DNA from: a virus
Taxonomy: Duplodnaviria > Caudoviricetes
Length of the DNA: 64,000 nucleotides
IMG/VR virus record: IMGVR_UViG_3300033120_000570
Span: 2,630-66,629 of that record
Reading direction: 5' to 3' (one strand)
The translations under genes and the position numbers were made by a program. The first letter of the stretch is position 1; each line of letters begins with the position of its first letter. Shown one piece after another: positions 57,521 to 64,000 of this stretch. The notes under the pieces are model-generated. The model ran no database searches, had not been told where the DNA came from, and was given only the letters and a program-made list of their open reading frames with translations.

Positions 57521-60500
57521 ATGAGTTGTAGCTTTCAATATGTTGAAGATGCTTTAAGAGCATCTAGTCCTGAAGAGGCGGACAGGTTAAATGAAAAAGG
57601 TATAGAAACTTGGAAAGAACTTAAAAATTCAAATTTATTTTCTATAAATAAGAATGAAGAATATGGTTTTAGTCGAGAAGGAACAAAACAAAGAGCAAGA
57701 CAAGAATCTTTTATTTCTGAGCTAAATAAAGACATAGAGTTTGTATTTAATGAAGACGATGAAGTTTATGTTGATTTACTTCAATTGACAGATAAAATTC
57801 TTGACAACGTTCCAAAAGAAAAAGAAGTTATTGAGTCTGAAAACAAATACAATTTATCAGATCTAATTGACGATAATAATTCATTACCGTTGTTTAGTGA
57901 AGAATCAGTTTATTACGATTTAAATAACGAAACTCCTACTTTTGTTTTATTTGGAGAAAACGAGCAATATAATATTCATAGCGCAAGCGATGTTTTAAAT
58001 AATATATTAGACAGTTTTAGCGATAGATTTTCTAGTGACGCTAAAATGCTTTTAAATAGAGCTGAAATTTTATTAAAAAAGTCTAAGGCTACTGTTAAGA
58101 TAATTAGCGCAGATAATTTTAATGGAAAAAATAACTTAATGAGATATGACGCTCTTACTAATGAGATATTGGTTAGAGACGATTCTAATGAATACTCTGT
58201 AGAAGATATGGTTTCTTCTTTTTTGCACGAAGCAACGCATTCTGTAACCGCAAGAGCGTATATAGACCCAATTACGTTTGAAGAAAAAGATTTTAAAAAA
58301 TTTATAGACAAAGCTTTTTCTGAATTTAAAAAATACGCTACAGATAAAGACAGGGAAAGATACGGCTTTACTAACGAGTTAGAGTTTATATCAGAGTTAT
58401 TTACTAATCCTAATTTTGAAAGAGTTTTAAGAAGAATAGAGTTTACTGTTAACGAGGGTAAAAACAAAAACAAAGCTATGTCTAGTTTTTTTTCCGAATT
58501 AAATGATTTTATTAGAAGGCTTTTTGGAGCAAAAAAAACAGAAGTTGTAGACGCTTTAATAGAATCTATAACAAGAATAGCTTCTTCCGAACAGTCAGAG
58601 TATAGTGTTGACAAAAGATTCTTTTTAGACAAAATAAAAGAAGACGAAGAAAATGTTGATAATGAGTTAAAATTTATAAAACCAACTTTAGTTAGTTTTG
58701 AAGATAGACTGATGAATTTAATAGGTAAGGCAAAAGATAATATATCGAATGTAAGATCCATAACGATTAAATCAAAAGCTACTACAAATAAAAAAGACCA
58801 TAGAGTTCATCTAGAAAATTTAAATAAATTAATAGAAGAAATGGATTCTCTTTCTGAACTTGAAAAATTAAAAGTTATTGTTCAATATACAAAAACAATG
58901 GCAAAAACCGTATTTCAAGTAAGAAAAGGAATGGATAAAATAAATAAAGAAGCTGGCACAAATAAAGATATTGGGAATTACAAATTAGTAGAAAAGTACG
59001 AAAGCTATTTAGCATCCTATGATTTAATAGTTGACATAAGGGACACTGTAGCGGCTTCTTCTAGAGTAAAACTGTCTGAAGAAGATATTTTGCATATTGA
59101 AGAAATTAAAAAAATATTACAAGAAATAACAAGTGTTCACGATAATTTAATAGCTGAATTTAAAGTATTTAAAAGGGAGGAGGCTATTAAGATAGTATCG
59201 TCTCCAGAATACAACACTCAAGTAGAAACTGATCATAAAAAAAGACTATATAAAGAACATTATGATTTAAAAATAAAAGGAGAATCTAAAGAAGAGTATG
59301 CTAATAGAATGCTTAACACAAGAGACAAAGATTTATACAAGAATGATTTAGTTTCGACTGCAGAAAAAATAGTTAGCGATCCTTCTTTTGATATAAGTAG
59401 TTTTAATAAAAGTTGGGGAGATGCATTAAATACCAATAGCAAACTGGCTCAAATAGTTGTAAATATATTTAGTTCAGTAAGAGACAGAATACTTTCAAAA
59501 TACAAATCTGTTGAAATGAATTTAAGTAATTTATTTGACGATGTAATTAAAGAAAAAGGAAATAAGCCTCCTTCAAAGATGTATCAAAATATTTATGAAA
59601 AAGACAGTAAAGGGAACTTTTTTTTTAAAGGAAGATATAAAATAGAATTTAGAGATAAGTATTTAGACGAATACATGCCTCTAAAAGAAGCTGCTGAAGA
59701 AATTTTAAATAAATTTATCGAAAAAGGTCTTACCAGAAAAGAAGCTAGGACTGAAAAAGATTATAAAGATGCAAATGCTTTAGCTTTAGCTTGGATGGCA
59801 AAACACACAAGATCTGAACGAGCTGATATTAGCGGAAGAACTTGGCTTCCTAATAAAGAATATTTAAACGATGAAGTTACCGGGATTGATGCTCAGGTTT
59901 TAAAAGAGGCTATAGCTATGGCTAAATTTTCCCATAAATCTACATACGGAAAACAATCTTTAATAAAAAAAACAGGTCAAGTTGAATTTTATAGTTTTCC
60001 TTCTATAACAAAATCCGCATTTGAAAGAACTATGGAAGGAGACTTTAAAGGAAGTGTTCAAGATATAAAAGATAATTTTACAAAAATTAGACCTGATGAC
60101 GTTGGTTATGGAGAAGCTATTGATAAAAAAGGAGAAACATTAAAAAGTGTCAAAATACATTTTAGAGGCAAACTTGACGAAAGTCAGCAATCTTTAGATG
60201 TTTTGAGCCTTATTAGAAGCGAATATCTAAATGCTATTAGTTACAGAGAAAAGAAGGACTCTGAAAGCTCTTTATTATTAATGGCAGATATATCTAGAAA
60301 TAAAAATTATTTTCAAAAATCAAGCAAAACAGGCCTTCCTCTTGTAAATTTATTTAATAAAAACGTTCCTGCTGTAGAAATTCCAGGCGAATTTTCAAAT
60401 GAATATGAAAGAATTAAAGGGATGTTGGAAAGGAATCTTTATGACACAATGAGTGTTCATGGAGGAACTATATTAGGGGCAGACGTTAATAAGTTAACTA

Positions 60501-61837
60501 ACTTTATAAACGGAACCGCAGCCTCTGTTGCGATGTCGTTCAATTTAGCTTCCGGCACTGCTAACGTAATGAATGGGTTTACTCAATTACTTATTGAAGC
60601 TGGTGGCGGTAATTTATTTAAAATTAATAACCTTTTAAAAGCAGAAGCAAAATATACTCAAGATTTGCCAAATATTATAAAAGACATGTCGAGTCCTGTA
60701 AAAAAATCATTTTCCAATCAATTGCTTGAAATGTACGATGTTTTTGGAGGGTTTGATCCTTCTACACAGGAGTTTATTAGAAATAGTATTGCTAAAAAAA
60801 TAGCTTCTAGAAAATCAATGAATGGTCTTAATGAAATGGGAGAGCACGCAATGAATGCTGTTGTTACTATGGCTGTTTTAGATTCTTTAAAAGTAATGAA
60901 TAAGGATTTTAAACACATTGATAAAGACGGCAATATAGTAAGCGAAGACAAGGCGGCTTCTCTTTTAGATATGTTAAAGATGGATTCTGAAGGTAAATTA
61001 GTTATGGATAATAAGGTTAAATTTACTAAACACAACTTAACTCTTGAATATCAAAAAGGAGGTAAAATGCATGTTAATCTGCTTATTAAAAATAAAGTGT
61101 TTGACTTATTTGGAGTTTACGATCCTGCATTTAAAAATGAAGTTTCAAAGCATTGGTTAGGAAAATCAGTAATGATGTTTAAAAATTATTTTTTATCAGG
61201 AATGGATTATAGGTACACCGGAATCGCCACTGCTTTAAAGAAAAAAGAAGATTTAACAGAAGATGAATTAAATTATAGTTCTGCTCAAAAAGAATATATC
61301 GAAGGAATTTATACTACGTTTATAAGATTTGTTCCTGCGTTAAAAGGGTTGCAGTTAATGTATGCTAAAGATGTTTATAATAATCTTAGTGATTATGAAA
61401 AATCAAATTTAAAAAAAGCAACTATAGAATTAATGCTTACCGCTGTTATACTACCTGCCGTAGGAAACCTTCTTATGATGGCTGGATCGGACAACGAAGA
61501 TGATGATGCTTTGTGGTTTGCTATATATGAATTTAGAAGACTAGAATCTGAATTATCTCAGTTTAGAAATCCTATAGAAGCAACAAAATTAATATCGAAT
61601 CCAGTAGCCGGAGTTAGGTTTATTCAAAATGGAATTTCTTTTTTATATGAATTAGGAACTCCAATAAATTTTATTCCTAATGAGAAAGAAAATATAATTT
61701 CTTATTTAGATGAAGATGCTAAAGGAAATAACAAGCTTTATAAGAAAGGAAAGAAAATAGCGCCAATTATTACTCAATTTGGTGAAGACTCATTTTTTAA
61801 AGATTATAAAAAGCTAAATAGCTTAATAGATAAATAA
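57521..61837 (+). CDS. Large cargo protein with zincin-like metalloprotease domain
   Basis: HEATH (HExxH) plus downstream ELEFISELFTNPNF; hydrophobic C-terminal helices; single Cys at position 3. Confidence 0.8.
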   Translation: MSCSFQYVEDALRASSPEEADRLNEKGIETWKELKNSNLFSINKNEEYGFSREGTKQRARQESFISELNKDIEFVFNEDDEVYVDLLQLTDKILDNVPKEKEVIESENKYNLSDLIDDNNSLPLFSEESVYYDLNNETPTFVLFGENEQYNIHSASDVLNNILDSFSDRFSSDAKMLLNRAEILLKKSKATVKIISADNFNGKNNLMRYDALTNEILVRDDSNEYSVEDMVSSFLHEATHSVTARAYIDPITFEEKDFKKFIDKAFSEFKKYATDKDRERYGFTNELEFISELFTNPNFERVLRRIEFTVNEGKNKNKAMSSFFSELNDFIRRLFGAKKTEVVDALIESITRIASSEQSEYSVDKRFFLDKIKEDEENVDNELKFIKPTLVSFEDRLMNLIGKAKDNISNVRSITIKSKATTNKKDHRVHLENLNKLIEEMDSLSELEKLKVIVQYTKTMAKTVFQVRKGMDKINKEAGTNKDIGNYKLVEKYESYLASYDLIVDIRDTVAASSRVKLSEEDILHIEEIKKILQEITSVHDNLIAEFKVFKREEAIKIVSSPEYNTQVETDHKKRLYKEHYDLKIKGESKEEYANRMLNTRDKDLYKNDLVSTAEKIVSDPSFDISSFNKSWGDALNTNSKLAQIVVNIFSSVRDRILSKYKSVEMNLSNLFDDVIKEKGNKPPSKMYQNIYEKDSKGNFFFKGRYKIEFRDKYLDEYMPLKEAAEEILNKFIEKGLTRKEARTEKDYKDANALALAWMAKHTRSERADISGRTWLPNKEYLNDEVTGIDAQVLKEAIAMAKFSHKSTYGKQSLIKKTGQVEFYSFPSITKSAFERTMEGDFKGSVQDIKDNFTKIRPDDVGYGEAIDKKGETLKSVKIHFRGKLDESQQSLDVLSLIRSEYLNAISYREKKDSESSLLLMADISRNKNYFQKSSKTGLPLVNLFNKNVPAVEIPGEFSNEYERIKGMLERNLYDTMSVHGGTILGADVNKLTNFINGTAASVAMSFNLASGTANVMNGFTQLLIEAGGGNLFKINNLLKAEAKYTQDLPNIIKDMSSPVKKSFSNQLLEMYDVFGGFDPSTQEFIRNSIAKKIASRKSMNGLNEMGEHAMNAVVTMAVLDSLKVMNKDFKHIDKDGNIVSEDKAASLLDMLKMDSEGKLVMDNKVKFTKHNLTLEYQKGGKMHVNLLIKNKVFDLFGVYDPAFKNEVSKHWLGKSVMMFKNYFLSGMDYRYTGIATALKKKEDLTEDELNYSSAQKEYIEGIYTTFIRFVPALKGLQLMYAKDVYNNLSDYEKSNLKKATIELMLTAVILPAVGNLLMMAGSDNEDDDALWFAIYEFRRLESELSQFRNPIEATKLISNPVAGVRFIQNGISFLYELGTPINFIPNEKENIISYLDEDAKGNNKLYKKGKKIAPIITQFGEDSFFKDYKKLNSLIDK

Positions 61838-61850
61838 AACAAAGGTCAAA

Positions 61851-61886
61851 AAAAAGCCACTATACAATTAAGTATAGTGGCTTTTT
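61851..61886. terminator. Bidirectional terminator between convergent modules
   Basis: Perfect 15-bp inverted repeat AAAAAGCCACTATAC-AATTAA-GTATAGTGGCTTTTT. Confidence 0.9.
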
Positions 61887-61894
61887 GCGTTTAA

Positions 61895-62056
61895 TTATTT
61901 TTTTATTTCTTTCGGAACTTTAACCAAAACGTTTCCGTTTGGTTTTTTAAATATAGCCATAGGTATTCCTGTGCTTTTTACTTGATCAGCTAACCCTTTA
62001 ACAACTTCGTTAAAATCTAAGTCGCTTTCATATTCCATTATAATTTTTTTACTCAT
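61895..62056 (-). CDS. Small hypothetical protein (53 aa)
   Basis: Manual translation MSKKIIMEYESDLDFNEVVKGLADQVKSTGIPMAIFKKPNGNVLVKVPKEIKK*. Confidence 0.6.
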   Translation of the reverse strand: MSKKIIMEYESDLDFNEVVKGLADQVKSTGIPMAIFKKPNGNVLVKVPKEIKK

Positions 62057-62062
62057 TTACTT

Positions 62063-62206
62063 TTATTCTAAATTAATAATCTTAATAACTAATTCTTCAT
62101 CATTTTCGCTCTCTATAAATCCTGCTTCAACAGGAATTTTTCTCATTTTTTCTGAAAACTTATTGTAGTCATCTTCTTTTTCAAAAGTCCAAATTATTTT
62201 TTTCAT
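62063..62206 (-). CDS. Small hypothetical protein (47 aa)
   Basis: Manual translation MKKIIWTFEKEDDYNKFSEKMRKIPVEAGFIESENDEELVIKIINLE*. Confidence 0.55.
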   Translation of the reverse strand: MKKIIWTFEKEDDYNKFSEKMRKIPVEAGFIESENDEELVIKIINLE

Positions 62207-62207
62207 T

Positions 62208-62516
62208 TTATTTTTTATTTAAATTAGATGCGTTTATTACGGTATTTATATTTTTTGGTTTTTCAAAATATTTCATTGCTACATAATGCATACTTATACT
62301 TCCAATTACAGCTCCAACAACATAAGCAACCATAAGCACCCAATTATCAAAACTGTTAACTACATGTCTAATTACAAGTAGCCAAATACCATTAGATAAT
62401 ACAGACGCTAATGTATGATACATTAAACTACTACTATTTCTAGCTCTACTAACTAAAGTAAAACTTGCATTCTGTAGGATTGTTAATCCTAACATTATTA
62501 ATATTTGATTTATCAT
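62208..62516 (-). CDS. Small multi-pass membrane protein (DUF5698/SMR-like)
   Basis: Three to four hydrophobic helices; YVVGAVIGS motif. Confidence 0.65.
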   Translation of the reverse strand: MINQILIMLGLTILQNASFTLVSRARNSSSLMYHTLASVLSNGIWLLVIRHVVNSFDNWVLMVAYVVGAVIGSISMHYVAMKYFEKPKNINTVINASNLNKK

Positions 62517-62689
62517 TTGATTTTTATATTTAATTCATCAACAATCATCCATTGACAATTAGAATCAAGTATAAAGCAACCATCTTCATCTGTCATATCT
62601 TCAGGACAATCCCAAACATTTTCATCATAATCATATATTAGAACATTTGTTGTTCCAAAATCTAAAATGATTATTTTTTTCTTACCCAT
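62513..62689 (-). CDS. Small acidic hypothetical protein (58 aa)
   Basis: Manual translation MGKKKIIILDFGTTNVLIYDYDENVWDCPED...; ATGA-coupled to next gene. Confidence 0.65.
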   Translation of the reverse strand: MGKKKIIILDFGTTNVLIYDYDENVWDCPEDMTDEDGCFILDSNCQWMIVDELNIKIK

Positions 62690-63389
62690 TAATTCTTTTA
62701 TTAATTACGGTTAATGTTTCTTTAAAAGGGTTGCCTTCTATATTTTCTACAAGCTCCCACATTTGCCGTGCAACTTCTCTAATTTCTAATTGAGCATGTT
62801 CATTATTTCTAAGTTTAATAAAATTAGCAAAACTTCTCATATTAAAACTAACATCACCTTGTATTTGAGAGTTATATGTCTTAAAGAACCTAGCCGACTC
62901 TTTAGCTCTTTTACGACCTAAAAAAGGTGTTAAATCTTCTAAACAAGAATGATATAAAGTATTTCCTATTTCAGTATATCTTTCTAAAATATTAAACCAA
63001 TCTTTTCCAGACTCATTGACAATTTCTCTTTCTACGGAATGTGGTTCATAAGGATGTAAATTTTTATTAAATTTAATTCCTTTCCAATCTTCAGGTATAT
63101 AAAATTTATCTTCTTTTAATTCCTTATATCTAGCTGATTCACCGTTAAAAGAACTCATGCGATGTTTAAGTAAATGAATATGACTAGCAATATCGGTATC
63201 AACAAGAAAATGAACGATTCCTTTTTCAAAAGGTGTTTCATGTCCATTTTCCCATAACATTTTAATTAAATTAGGTATTCTTGCTTTCTTTTCAGGAGAT
63301 AAATCTCTAGATGTAGATGTCCATGCTGAAGATGCTATAACTTCATCTGAACCATAAAATCCTAATAATTCAACTTTATTTTTGTTCAT
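62682..63389 (-). CDS. thyX: Flavin-dependent thymidylate synthase
   Basis: GHETPFE, HLLKHRMSSFNGESARY (ThyX motif), LGRKRAKESAR, NMRSFANFIKLR..HAQLEIR. Confidence 0.92.
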   Translation of the reverse strand: MNKNKVELLGFYGSDEVIASSAWTSTSRDLSPEKKARIPNLIKMLWENGHETPFEKGIVHFLVDTDIASHIHLLKHRMSSFNGESARYKELKEDKFYIPEDWKGIKFNKNLHPYEPHSVEREIVNESGKDWFNILERYTEIGNTLYHSCLEDLTPFLGRKRAKESARFFKTYNSQIQGDVSFNMRSFANFIKLRNNEHAQLEIREVARQMWELVENIEGNPFKETLTVINKRING

Positions 63390-63849
63390 TAATTCTTTTA
63401 TTAAAGTATTCTAAATATTTTTTATTTAATTTATCTAAAGAATTATATTTTTCAAAAAATTTAATTATATTTTTAATGTGATCTAACTCTAAATCCATAA
63501 GCAGCCTAAATTCAGTCTCATTTAAGGGTTTTTCATTTTTATCATAATTTACTCCCCAAAATTTAATTTCTTCAATATTAACATGATTATTTTTAATTAA
63601 CCAATCATCTTCTTCAATATTCCAAATAATATTTTCAACTAATTTATCTACAAGATTTAAATTACATAATAATTGTCCGAATCGATAATCTGGGTATTTA
63701 ATCCATTCTTTTTCAATTAATTCCCAATTTTGATGTATAATACTTACTAATTCTACTTTCTTAGTTTCCTTTGTATTTAAAAAGTCATGTAAAATTTTAT
63801 TTTGAAATAATAATTTTAAACAGATTGGTATTCTTTTACTTTGTCTCAT
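63376..63849 (-). CDS. Hypothetical protein
   Basis: ORF track; WIKYPDYRFGQLL motif; LELDHIKNII. Confidence 0.7.
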   Translation of the reverse strand: MRQSKRIPICLKLLFQNKILHDFLNTKETKKVELVSIIHQNWELIEKEWIKYPDYRFGQLLCNLNLVDKLVENIIWNIEEDDWLIKNNHVNIEEIKFWGVNYDKNEKPLNETEFRLLMDLELDHIKNIIKFFEKYNSLDKLNKKYLEYFNKRINEQK

Positions 63850-64000
63850 TTATTTAAATTTCCTTTATTTTGATTAACTTCTTTGTCCATTATTTCGTAA
63901 TGCTTAATTAAAGCTTCGTTTATTTTATTTTGGCATTCGTCACAATAAAATCTTTCTACTTTTTTGCCAGTAGCTATTATTGTTCTACATTTATTACAAA
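63846..64000 (-). CDS. Partial zinc-finger protein (start outside window)
   Basis: CNKC..YCDEC; stop TGA overlaps ATG of next gene. Confidence 0.6.
   Translation of the reverse strand, partial: CNKCRTIIATGKKVERFYCDECQNKINEALIKHYEIMDKEVNQNKGNLNK

Noticed and set aside
2479-61035. Numerous antisense and nested ORFs in the track (e.g. 7004-7432, 42133-42657, 57976-58761, 8172-8414)
   Set aside because: Shadows of long sense genes; Ser/Leu/Phe-rich, with no promoters or motifs.
1-64000. Stop-codon reassignment (TAG=Gln or TGA=Trp), common in some Crassvirales
   Set aside because: Giant ORFs up to 3095 aa are intact under code 11, gene density is complete, and TGA is used as a stop (28833, 62513, 63846).
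1-64000. CRISPR array or rRNA
   Set aside because: No regularly spaced direct repeats and no rRNA-like sequence seen.

Overview
AT-rich (roughly 70% AT by eye) segment of a Crassvirales (crAss-like) podovirus genome, most likely infecting a Bacteroidota (Flavobacteriales-type) host. Host evidence: TAnnTTTG -7 promoter elements and almost no Shine-Dalgarno motifs. Positions 494-61837 form one rightward late/structural module in the canonical crAss-like order: small unknown ORFs, wHTH and HU-like proteins, GroES-like, GroEL-like, TerL, portal, scaffold-like protein, major capsid protein, ring and auxiliary capsid proteins, a tail-fibre array, a lysis cassette (holins, GH19 endolysin, spanin-like), a metallophosphoesterase moron, tail ring and muzzle proteins, a free-standing GIY-YIG endonuclease, then five ejected cargo proteins including a 3095-aa virion RNA polymerase (DFDID), with a ferritin gene inserted. 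A bidirectional terminator (61851-61886) separates this from the end of the leftward replication/metabolism module (thyX etc.); a leftward gene also starts at 292. Standard genetic code; no CRISPR, intron or intein seen. Most notable observations: (1) about 7,950 aa of cargo protein contain only four cysteines, all at termini, arranged as a head-to-tail chain A(C-term)-(N-term)RNAP(C-term)-(N-term)zincin; (2) the virion RNAP is fused to a SLOG-like domain and a complete Dda/RecD-like SF1B helicase; (3) a phage GroES+GroEL pair in which GroEL lacks both inter-ring contact segments; (4) two distinct, exactly spaced promoter architectures; (5) an anticodon-less tRNA-like element; (6) repeated Gly-Gly motifs in cargo protein 1. 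All annotations are from motif recognition without database searches.
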